Shown piece by piece: positions 18,867 through 27,018 of a DNA stretch of 64,000 bases (the stretch's first letter is position 1; each line of letters begins with the position of its first letter). The notes beneath the pieces were generated by a model, which had not been told where the DNA came from, ran no database searches, and saw only the letters and a program-made list of their open reading frames with translations. Source of the DNA: Propionibacteriaceae bacterium (GTDB taxonomy: Bacteria; Actinomycetota; Actinomycetes; Propionibacteriales; Propionibacteriaceae); NCBI GenBank assembly GCA_045806785.1, contig JBJMIR010000114.1:10913-74912 (forward strand), given 5' to 3'. Position numbers and translations under genes: made by a program.

Positions 18867-20162
18867 ATGGAATCGCCTGCCCCGGGTCGCCACCCGAATC
18901 GCGAGACAGGCCTGCCACCGGGGGTGGAGGTGGGCCCGTCCGGCACGCGTTTCCTGGCGTACCTGATCAATATGTCGGTTCCCGTCGTCGTCAGCATCCT
19001 GCTGTTGCTGCTACTGCCGGCGACCGCCGGTGGCGCTCGAACCACACTGCTGGTGATTGGCATGGCCGTCATAGTCGGCTGGGCCGTCTTCGTGTGCTAC
19101 CTGCTCGCTGTCCGTGCAGCCAGTCCTGGTCTGCGCGTCATGAAGCTGCAGCTGGTCGGTTTCCTCGACGGCCGGCCGATCGGCTGGAGTCGGGTCTTGG
19201 TACGGGCCTTGGTGTTCTGGGCTTTGTACGTCACCGGCATCGGCCTGCTCATCATGTTGATCATGGAACTGAGACAGCCGCGTAAACAGGGCTGGCACGA
19301 TCTCGCTGCCACTGCCGTGATGATCAAGGAGCGGGTGCTGGCGCCTCCGATGCAGCCGGCTCGGGCCGCCGCCGCGCAGCAAGGTCCGCCGACCCAGGGC
19401 GGCAATGGATCTTTGCAACCGCAGCCGAATGGCGCCCGTGCGCCGATGTCGTCCGGCTATGGAGGAAGGGAAGAGTACGGCTCTCCTGGCAGCCCTGTGC
19501 CACCTGACCAGCTGGCTCCACCGCCAGGGATGAGCAACTACCCGAGTGGCTCCGCCCCGTACGCGCCCGCCGGTGCACCACAGGGCGGACCGGGCGCGTC
19601 GTATGGAGGCAGTGCGTACGCCACGCCGTTCCCAGGCGCCTCGTACGGACCGCAGCAGCAGTACGGAGCGAGCGGCGAGGCTTATGCTCCCGGGCAGCCG
19701 GGAGGTCCGCTGTCACAGTCGCCCAACGGTTCTCCGTCCGGTCCAGCGTCGGCGTACGAGGGGACGCAACAAGCATCGGCTGGTGAGTATGAAGATCAGA
19801 CCGCTGTCGCGCCCCGGTCTCCCTATGTCCAGGAATGGTCGATCCTGCTAGATGACGGCAGGCGCATTGCGCTGGACGGATTGGTGTTGCTGGGTCGCAA
19901 TCCTCAGCCGAAGGCGGGTGAGGAAGACGCACAGTTGATCAAGATCGCCGACGACACGCGTACGGTCTCCAAATCTCATCTGGCGGTGGGCGTGGATTCT
20001 GGCGGCGTATACGTCGTTGACCGCGGATCCACCAACGGCTCGACCGTCTCTACCACGAACGGGATGTCAACCCGCTGCAAGGCCGGCGAGATGGTCCGGG
20101 TGGGGGAAGGCGCGATCGTTTCCATTGGTGATCACTGGCTGGAAATCACGCGCGGCAGCTAA
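18867..20162 (+). CDS. RDD-family membrane protein fused to a C-terminal FHA domain through a Gly/Pro/Gln/Tyr-rich linker
   Basis: TM-rich N-terminus with an RDD-like layout (GWHD near the last helix). FHA is at LLGRNP .. VSKSHLAV .. VVDRGSTNGS. Confidence 0.7.
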   Translation: MESPAPGRHPNRETGLPPGVEVGPSGTRFLAYLINMSVPVVVSILLLLLLPATAGGARTTLLVIGMAVIVGWAVFVCYLLAVRAASPGLRVMKLQLVGFLDGRPIGWSRVLVRALVFWALYVTGIGLLIMLIMELRQPRKQGWHDLAATAVMIKERVLAPPMQPARAAAAQQGPPTQGGNGSLQPQPNGARAPMSSGYGGREEYGSPGSPVPPDQLAPPPGMSNYPSGSAPYAPAGAPQGGPGASYGGSAYATPFPGASYGPQQQYGASGEAYAPGQPGGPLSQSPNGSPSGPASAYEGTQQASAGEYEDQTAVAPRSPYVQEWSILLDDGRRIALDGLVLLGRNPQPKAGEEDAQLIKIADDTRTVSKSHLAVGVDSGGVYVVDRGSTNGSTVSTTNGMSTRCKAGEMVRVGEGAIVSIGDHWLEITRGS

Positions 20163-20190
20163 GGGCTGCTTGCCGCGGTAGGGTCGCGCC

Positions 20191-20766
20191 GTGTTGCTCT
20201 CCGACCGTGACATCAAAGCCGAAATCGATGCTGGCCGTATCGGGCTGGAACCGTATGCCGTCGATATGGTGCAGCCATCGAGCATCGATGTCCGCCTCGA
20301 CCGCTATTTCCGCGTCTTTGAAAACCATCGCTATCCGCACATCGATCCTTCGGCGGATCAATCAGAGCTGACCCGCGCCGTGGAGCCGATGGGCGAGGAG
20401 CCGTTCATCCTGCATCCAGGCGAGTTCGCCCTGGGCTCGATCTATGAGGTGGTCACACTCCCCGACGACATTGCGGCACGCGTGGAAGGCAAGTCATCGC
20501 TCGGCAGACTGGGACTGCTTACCCATGCCACGGCCGGATTCATCGATCCCGGCTTCAGCGGTCACGTGACACTCGAGCTATCGAATGTCGCCACGCTGCC
20601 GATCAAGCTCTGGCCGGGGATGAAGATCGGTCAGCTGTGCTTCTTCAGACTGACCACGGCGGCCGAGCATCCGTACGGATCGGCTCAGTACGGCTCCCAC
20701 TACCAGGGTCAGCGCGGCCCGACTCCGAGCCGCTCGCATCTCAACTTCCACCGCACGAAGATCTAA
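20191..20766 (+). CDS. dcd: dCTP deaminase
   Basis: [12 protein letters not shown] start and [17 protein letters not shown] motif. 191 aa. Confidence 0.9.
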   Translation: MLLSDRDIKAEIDAGRIGLEPYAVDMVQPSSIDVRLDRYFRVFENHRYPHIDPSADQSELTRAVEPMGEEPFILHPGEFALGSIYEVVTLPDDIAARVEGKSSLGRLGLLTHATAGFIDPGFSGHVTLELSNVATLPIKLWPGMKIGQLCFFRLTTAAEHPYGSAQYGSHYQGQRGPTPSRSHLNFHRTKI

Positions 20767-20813
20767 AGTGCGGCCTGGGCTTGTCGAAGGGCGTCACCCC
20801 GGTGCGCGACGGC

Positions 20814-22703
20814 TCAGCGTGCAGATAGGTATGCCGCGGCTTGTAACCGGAATAGTTCTGCATAGTGACCTTCTAGTTCCATGAGCTCCTCATGGGTCCC
20901 TGCTTCTGTGACCCGCCCGCGCTGCAGAACGTAAATGCGATCCGCATGCCGCACGCTGGAAAATCGGTGAGAGATCAGCAGGACGGTACGGCCCGTTAGC
21001 AAGGCCCTGATGCGCTCGAAGAGATCATGCTCGGCTCGGGGATCGAGGGCAGCGGTGGGCTCGTCCAAGATCACGAAAGGGGCCTTACGGAAGAACGCGC
21101 GGGCCAACGCTACGCGTTGCCACTGTCCGACCGAGAGATCCGAGCCGCCTTCGAACTCCGGCCCCAGCACTGTCTGATAGCCATCGGGCAACGCAGTGAG
21201 GAACGCATCCGCGTCAGCCTGCCGCGCCGCCTCACGGATGCCATCAAGATCATCGATGGCATCGACTCGTCCCAGTCCGATGTTGTCTCGAGCACGGAGG
21301 TGAAAGCGGACGAAGTCTTGAAAGATCGCCGCGATATCCGTGCTGAGCTCAGCAGCATTGACGCTGTTGATGTCAACGCCGTCCCAGGTGATGGTGCCGG
21401 CGGCAGGTCGATAGAGGCCTGCCAGGAGTTTCGCGAGCGTCGTCTTACCGGAGCCGTTCTCCCCAACCAATGCCACGATTTCACCGGCACGAATGCTGAG
21501 TGAGACGTCCCGCAGCGCGGATTCCTTGGCGGTTGGATAGGCAAAGCTCAGATTGTTCACCGATATCTCGGCAAATGAGTTCGCTGCAGGATCGTGCGGC
21601 TCCGGCTGCCGTACCCGAGGTAGCAGCTCCACGAACGCAAGGTAATCGTCGACGTACGGTGCTGACTCCGAAAGCGCGCCCGCGGAATAACCCGCCGTAG
21701 TGAGTCGCTGGCCGACGATGGCGACGCCAGCGACCGCAATGCCAGCTGCCGATAGCGGTACGCGCCCGCTCAACGTAAGCCAGCCGACAAAAAGAAGCGT
21801 GACTGCGAGTACAGCCGCAACGCCCAGGTTCGCCAAGAGCGCATACCAGAGTTGCTTGCCCGCGACCCGCTTGAGTTCGCTGATGCGCTCGCTGTAAAGA
21901 ATGCCGTGTCGATCTCGCAAGAACGGTGCCAGACTGAATGCCCGGATTTCCTTGGCGGCGTCACGGTCGGACATCAGCACAGCCAGGTATTGCCGCTCCC
22001 GGTCCCGCGGCGTCATGCGCCAAAAGAATCGCCAGAATGCCTCACCCCGTCGAGACGCCGATAGCCATGCTGGAATGAAAACGATCGACACCATGAGCAC
22101 CAGGACTGGTTGGATGGTGATCAAGGTCACGAGCACGGCGACGATACCGATGGCTGCCCGGATCAGGCCCGACAAACCGAAGATCATGTTCAGCGGTTGG
22201 TGGCTGCTCACCTGCATCCGCTGCACTCGGTTGTGAAAGGCCGGTGTCTCGAAAGCGAGAAGGTCGACCGCGGTTGCGACTTCCAAGACATGTTCCTGGA
22301 TGTGGCGTTGCAACAATTCCCCGAGAATTTCTTGACGTTCGCGCTGGACAGCCCCTACGAACGACTCGATTCCGGCGACGACGGCAATTGCGATTGCCCA
22401 CGGTGCGACTGCTGCCAGCGACTGGCCTTGCTGGAGCGCATTGAGGATCGCTTGCAGGCCTTGTTGTCCGAGGAGCAGGAGCAACGCGATGCCGCCGCCC
22501 CCGATGATCTGCAGCAATGTTGAGATCATGAACTCTCGGGGCGCAGCTGCCCTTGCGAGTCGAAGTGCTTGTCGGGTCAGCCGGGGGAGTGCCCGGACCC
22601 GGACCTTGGTGTCTTCAGCTGACTGGATGTCGTAGATGGTTACCGGGCCGATATCTTCCTCTCCGGCGTCGGTACCAGCAACGAAGTCGCTCATAAAGGG
22701 CAA
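20814..22703 (-). CDS. ABC exporter, fused permease/ATPase
   Basis: Six-TM N-terminal domain. Walker A GENGSGKTT, signature LSVGQWQR, Walker B FVILDEPT. Confidence 0.85.
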   Translation of the reverse strand: MPFMSDFVAGTDAGEEDIGPVTIYDIQSAEDTKVRVRALPRLTRQALRLARAAAPREFMISTLLQIIGGGGIALLLLLGQQGLQAILNALQQGQSLAAVAPWAIAIAVVAGIESFVGAVQRERQEILGELLQRHIQEHVLEVATAVDLLAFETPAFHNRVQRMQVSSHQPLNMIFGLSGLIRAAIGIVAVLVTLITIQPVLVLMVSIVFIPAWLSASRRGEAFWRFFWRMTPRDRERQYLAVLMSDRDAAKEIRAFSLAPFLRDRHGILYSERISELKRVAGKQLWYALLANLGVAAVLAVTLLFVGWLTLSGRVPLSAAGIAVAGVAIVGQRLTTAGYSAGALSESAPYVDDYLAFVELLPRVRQPEPHDPAANSFAEISVNNLSFAYPTAKESALRDVSLSIRAGEIVALVGENGSGKTTLAKLLAGLYRPAAGTITWDGVDINSVNAAELSTDIAAIFQDFVRFHLRARDNIGLGRVDAIDDLDGIREAARQADADAFLTALPDGYQTVLGPEFEGGSDLSVGQWQRVALARAFFRKAPFVILDEPTAALDPRAEHDLFERIRALLTGRTVLLISHRFSSVRHADRIYVLQRGRVTEAGTHEELMELEGHYAELFRLQAAAYLSAR

Positions 22704-22782
22704 GTCTGCCGAACGGCGACGTTCACCGAACCGGAGCAGCGCACGTGGCGCTGTCCCGCAGGCCCGGTTGCGTCACAGGCAA

Positions 22783-23562
22783 TTAGGCGCGGTAGATCCC
22801 GATGTCACCCGAGGCCGTCCGTGCCCGTACCGAGATGTACCGCTCGCCAGGCTCAGGTGGCGTCGTGGACTCGAGTGCAATCCGGATGTCACCGGAGACC
22901 GAGTTGAGATCAAGCCAGGTGGGCAAGTTATCGGCAACACCGACAGTCAGCGAGCCGGAGGCAGACCGCAGATCGACCGATCCGTTAGTCGAGGTAACGC
23001 CGATGTCGCCCGATCCGGAATTGGCTTGCAGGTCAGGGCCTTCCAGCGTCTGCACCACGACATCCCCAGAACCCGATTTCGCAGTGATCGGGCAATGCGC
23101 CTCGCCGACCGATACATCGCCTGAGCCAGAATTCAATCGCGCAAATCTGCCGTCAACCCGGGCGACCGAAATATCGCCGGATCCCGTACTGCACTCAAGA
23201 TCAACGGCTTTGCCGATAGTGACATCGCCGGAGCCACTGACGATCTTCGAGGGACCGATGTCGGCGCTGATCGAGATGCCAGCCGATCCTGTCTTGATCA
23301 CATACGTCAGTCCGTCGGGTACGCCGAGGCGCAGGTGTGCATTGCTGGACCGCAGGAACTGTTGCGGGAAGCTGATCCGCAGCCAGTCCTGATCATGACG
23401 GATGTGGACCTGGTCGACAAACCGCTCATCATCGGCGTCAATCGATGCCTCAACGAGGTCTTGCTGTACGCCGGGTTCCACGGTGATCGATCCAGCACCG
23501 AGGTTGTCGATGACAACGTGCTTGACGCCCTCATAGGCGTTCGTGAGGCTCATCGCACCCAA
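22783..23562 (-). CDS. DUF4097 beta-strand-repeat protein
   Basis: Many SGSGD(I/V) repeats (GSGDVTIG, GSGDISVA, GSGDVSVG, GSGDVVVQ, GSGDIGVT, SGDIRIA, SGDIGIY). The start is 23562 or 23553. Confidence 0.75.
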   Translation of the reverse strand: MGAMSLTNAYEGVKHVVIDNLGAGSITVEPGVQQDLVEASIDADDERFVDQVHIRHDQDWLRISFPQQFLRSSNAHLRLGVPDGLTYVIKTGSAGISISADIGPSKIVSGSGDVTIGKAVDLECSTGSGDISVARVDGRFARLNSGSGDVSVGEAHCPITAKSGSGDVVVQTLEGPDLQANSGSGDIGVTSTNGSVDLRSASGSLTVGVADNLPTWLDLNSVSGDIRIALESTTPPEPGERYISVRARTASGDIGIYRA

Positions 23563-24224
23563 CCCTGAACGTTCCCGCGGGAACGCCTTTCCTCGCGCGC
23601 AGCCCTCCGAAGCCGCTCACCGAAGATGCCGCCGGCGCCGAACGGTCCTCCCGGCCCGAAGACGCCATGTTCTCCAAAGGGGCCACCTGGACCAAAGACC
23701 ACATTGGGCGAGGGCGGGGCCGGCGGATGGGGCGGCTGCGGCCACTCCGGCCGTGAGCTGCTGCGCTCTGCTAAGGCGTCCATGACCGCGCGGATGAGCC
23801 AGGCATTGGTAGAGATTCCCTCAGATGACGCCACCTCATCCACCCGTGTCTTGACCGACTGTGGCAGCCGCAGGGTAATGCGGGCGACTGGCTCGTCCTC
23901 GGCGTCGGTGGTAGATGCTTCCTCGGCGCCTTGACTGGTTTCTTCCGGCTCCGGCATCAGCAGTGTCGGTTCAGCCTCGCCGCTCTGGACGGTGACGACG
24001 AATTCAGGGTCGGTGCCGACCATGCGGAGTTCAACCGAAGACGGTGCCAGCTCCGCGCTGATAGTGCCAGCGGCATCGGAGAGGGCATGGATGAGAGCAA
24101 GGCGTGTGGAGGACTCAAGTGCCGTGCCGAGTCGCTCCGCGACCTGTTGAGTCTGTTCGTCAGCCAGCGAGGTCGCGGTCGAGACGCCTAAGCGGACCGA
24201 TTCGATATACGGTGAAAGATCCAT
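23550..24224 (-). CDS. Ribbon-helix-helix (Arc/HicB-antitoxin-like) protein with a Gly/Pro/Phe-rich tail
   Basis: RITLRLPQSVKTRVDEVASSEGISTNAWLIRAV is an RHH-like segment. The tail has FGPGGPFG repeats. It lies immediately upstream of the DUF4097 gene. Confidence 0.6.
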   Translation of the reverse strand: MDLSPYIESVRLGVSTATSLADEQTQQVAERLGTALESSTRLALIHALSDAAGTISAELAPSSVELRMVGTDPEFVVTVQSGEAEPTLLMPEPEETSQGAEEASTTDAEDEPVARITLRLPQSVKTRVDEVASSEGISTNAWLIRAVMDALAERSSSRPEWPQPPHPPAPPSPNVVFGPGGPFGEHGVFGPGGPFGAGGIFGERLRRAAREERRSRGNVQGWVR

Positions 24225-24277
24225 GACATCACTCTGACGCCATAGTGACGTCAAGTCAAGGTTCTGATGACATCACT
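24223..24277. promoter_or_regulatory. Candidate operator: 11-bp direct repeat ATGACATCACT (x2) around the palindrome TGACGTCA
   Basis: Repeat copies at 24223-24233 (overlapping the RHH start codon) and 24267-24277. AGTGACGTCA at 24244-24253 is the inverted version of the same half-site. Confidence 0.4.
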
Positions 24278-24389
24278 TACAAAGTCCGCAGTGGTCGGAT
24301 TCGAGCCTGAGCCAGTCTCACCCTCGAAAAGTCGACATTGGTCGGAAATTTGACCCTAAGTCTGCGATGCAGCAAGCAGTTAGGGCCGG

Positions 24390-26564
24390 TTATGCGCTGC
24401 GTTTGACCGCCTCGAGCAACAGCTGCGCCACATCGAGCACCTCGGTAGTTTCGGGTGCGGATCCGTCCGCCTGCTTTGCGGTGAGCCCATCGGTCAGCAT
24501 GATTCGGCAGAAGGGACATCCGGTTGCGATCGCATCGTGGCCGTTGCTTTCGGAGGCGGCGAGAGTACCCAGCGCCTCGTCGGTGCGGTTCTCGTTTATT
24601 CGGGTACCGATCCGCTCCTCCATCCACATCCGCGCCCCGCCGGCACCGCAGCAGAAGGAGCGCTCGCGCGTCCGGGGCATCTCGGCGATCGTGGCGCCGG
24701 GCAGTGAGCCGAGCAAATCGCGCGGCGGATCATAGATCTGGTTGTGTCGTCCGAGGTAGCACGCGTCGTGGTAGGTGATCGTCCGTCCGGAAAGCGAGCC
24801 ATCCGGTGGCGGAATCGGCGTCAGCAGGCCGTCGCGTACCAGGCGGTTTAGCAACTGAGTATGGTGCACCACTTCGCAGTTGACGCCAAGTTGCGGATAT
24901 TCGTTCTTCAAGACGTTCAGGCAGTGGGCGCAGGTCACGACGATCTTGGTCGCCTTCGCTTCCTGCAGTGTTTCGACGTTCTGCATCGCGAGTTGCTGAT
25001 AGACGAACTCATTTCCGGCGCGCCGGGCCGGGTCACCGGTACAGGTCTCGCTGTTGCCCAATACGGCGTAGCTGAGGCCGGCGATGTGGAGCAGTTCCGC
25101 GACGGCGCGTGTGGTCTTCTTGGCGCGATCTTCGTACGCGCCGGCGCAGCCAACCCAGAACAGATACTCGACCTCACCAAGGTCCGCAACGTCCTCGCCG
25201 AGCACTGGTACCGGGAAGGGCAGATCCTTGGCCCAGTCCATGCGCCCGCGTGGACTCAGGTTCCATGGATTCCCCTTGCCTTCCAGGCCCTTGAAGAGCC
25301 CGTTCAGCTCGCTCGGGAACTCCGCGGACATCATGACCTCGAAGCGGCGCATATCGAGGATGTGATCGACATGCTCGATGTCGACCGGGCACTGCTGCAC
25401 GCAGGCGCCGCAGGTCGTACACGACCACAGCACATCGGGATCGATAACGCCCGGCACTCCATCCGTTACGTCAATGGGACCAACCAGCGGTCGAGCGGTT
25501 TCCGCCTGGGTCGCCTCGGGCAGCGCATCACGGGCCGACTCGGCCGCCTTCAGATATGGTGCCTTGGCATACGCGTGCTGGCGCAGATCCATGATCACGA
25601 GCTTGGGTGAGAGCGGCTTGCCGGTGTTCCAGGCCGGGCACTGGGACTGACAACGACCGCATTCGGTACATGAGGTGAAGTCGAGCAATCCCTTCCAGGT
25701 AAAGTCCTCCACCTTGCCGATGCCGAGTGAGGCGTCCTCGTCAAGATCGTCGATATCGGCAAAGTCGACGGGCTTGCCCTCGATCATGATCGGTTGCAAT
25801 GCGCCGAGTGCTGGGCGGCCTGACGATTCCCGTTTGAACCAGATATTCGGCCAGACGGTGAAGCGATGCCAGGCAACACCCATCGTGATGTTCAGTCCGA
25901 TGGTGATGAACCAGGCCATCGAGATGATGATCTTGATCGCGGAAACGATCACAATGCCCATCTCGAGTCCCGCGGCAGAGATCCCGGCCGGAAGCAGGAA
26001 CCAGCTCAGCGGAAAATGCAGCCGCGAGGTTCCGGGGCCAAGGAGCTGATACTCCATGGCGCGTAAGGCCAGAACGCAGACGACGATTCCGAGCACGGTG
26101 AACTCGACGTAGTAACCCTGCCAAGATCGTGAGCCAAAGAATCGGGACGCGCGGCCGCGACCTCTGAGCAGGAGTCGAACCAAGATCAAGAAACCGATCG
26201 AGATCAATCCTGCCCAGGCGATGATCTCACTCGCCCATTCGTACACCACCCAGTGCCCGATGATCGGTATGGCGAAGCGAGGATCGAAAAGTTGCCCGTA
26301 CGCGGTGATCAACGTAAAGATCAGAGCACCGAAGGCGATGAACACGAACCAATGCGCAGCGCCAACCTTGGTCCACTGCAACATTCGGGTATGCCCAAGG
26401 GTTTCGGCGAGCATGTGCCGCCAGCGCTGGCCGGGATCATCGCCTCTCCCGGGCGCCGGTTTGCCGAGCTTGATGACGCCGACGATCGCTGCAATGGCGC
26501 GGACGAATAGCACCACGCCGACAACCGAGACGGCCAACGCTACGACGATCGCGGCGACTCTCAC
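24390..26564 (-). CDS. Membrane-anchored (Fe-S)-binding reductase, HdrD/GlpC-like with CCG domains
   Basis: N-terminal TM block, two CxxCxxCxxxCP ferredoxin motifs (CTECGRCQSQCP, CTTCGACVQQCP) and C-terminal Cys-rich CCG-type repeats. GTG start follows GAAGGAGGA. Confidence 0.8.
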   Translation of the reverse strand: MRVAAIVVALAVSVVGVVLFVRAIAAIVGVIKLGKPAPGRGDDPGQRWRHMLAETLGHTRMLQWTKVGAAHWFVFIAFGALIFTLITAYGQLFDPRFAIPIIGHWVVYEWASEIIAWAGLISIGFLILVRLLLRGRGRASRFFGSRSWQGYYVEFTVLGIVVCVLALRAMEYQLLGPGTSRLHFPLSWFLLPAGISAAGLEMGIVIVSAIKIIISMAWFITIGLNITMGVAWHRFTVWPNIWFKRESSGRPALGALQPIMIEGKPVDFADIDDLDEDASLGIGKVEDFTWKGLLDFTSCTECGRCQSQCPAWNTGKPLSPKLVIMDLRQHAYAKAPYLKAAESARDALPEATQAETARPLVGPIDVTDGVPGVIDPDVLWSCTTCGACVQQCPVDIEHVDHILDMRRFEVMMSAEFPSELNGLFKGLEGKGNPWNLSPRGRMDWAKDLPFPVPVLGEDVADLGEVEYLFWVGCAGAYEDRAKKTTRAVAELLHIAGLSYAVLGNSETCTGDPARRAGNEFVYQQLAMQNVETLQEAKATKIVVTCAHCLNVLKNEYPQLGVNCEVVHHTQLLNRLVRDGLLTPIPPPDGSLSGRTITYHDACYLGRHNQIYDPPRDLLGSLPGATIAEMPRTRERSFCCGAGGARMWMEERIGTRINENRTDEALGTLAASESNGHDAIATGCPFCRIMLTDGLTAKQADGSAPETTEVLDVAQLLLEAVKRSA

Positions 26565-26600
26565 GCGCGACTCCTCCTTCTCGAGGGCGATGCAGGATCG

Positions 26601-26624
26601 GAAACCTACGTGCAGGTAGGTTTC
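26601..26624. promoter_or_regulatory. Perfect 9-bp inverted repeat GAAACCTAC-N6-GTAGGTTTC, just upstream of the Fe-S reductase start
   Basis: Read directly from the sequence, 37 nt upstream of the GTG at 26564 on the minus strand. Confidence 0.35.
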
Positions 26625-26913
26625 GGTCGGCTGGCGACCCTCAGCCTAATGCGGCGCTCGAGCGCCCTATTGCACTGGCGGAAGTGGTCGCACGCGACAT
26701 CGGCCACCGCCGGGTCGATGTCGTTGACCGCTTTCGCCAGGGGCTCGCGACTACTGACCACTTCCCGGCGGAAGCCGGCGATTTTCCGACGTTCGCAGCT
26801 CGGAGGCTTGCAGCGAGCGTAAGTTGGGCACGCCGCGCCGCCGTACCCAAATTGTCGGTGCTGGCGACTAGGGTCTTTTTTGTCCTCCGTACGCGGCGGT
26901 CAGTGGTGGGCGG

Positions 26914-26962
26914 TAATGAATGGTGCCGTAATGAATGGTGCGTAATGAATGCTATTGAATGC
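26914..26962. repeat. Tandem array of TAATGAATG(GTGC) units upstream of the opuC-like operon
   Basis: Copies at 26914-26926, 26929-26941 and 26943-26952, plus a degenerate TATTGAATGC at 26953-26962. Bracketed by GGGCGG / CCGCCC. Confidence 0.7.
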
Positions 26963-27018
26963 CCGCCCACGAGAAGCTGTAGAACGAGACCTGTGGGGCC
27001 AAGACCACTGGAGTTGGC

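Noticed and set aside
26830-27018. Cyclic-di-AMP (ydaO-type) or other riboswitch upstream of the osmoprotectant transporter
   Set aside because: The functional context is plausible, but I cannot recognise the conserved core of any riboswitch by eye. I report it only as a repeat array that needs an Rfam scan.
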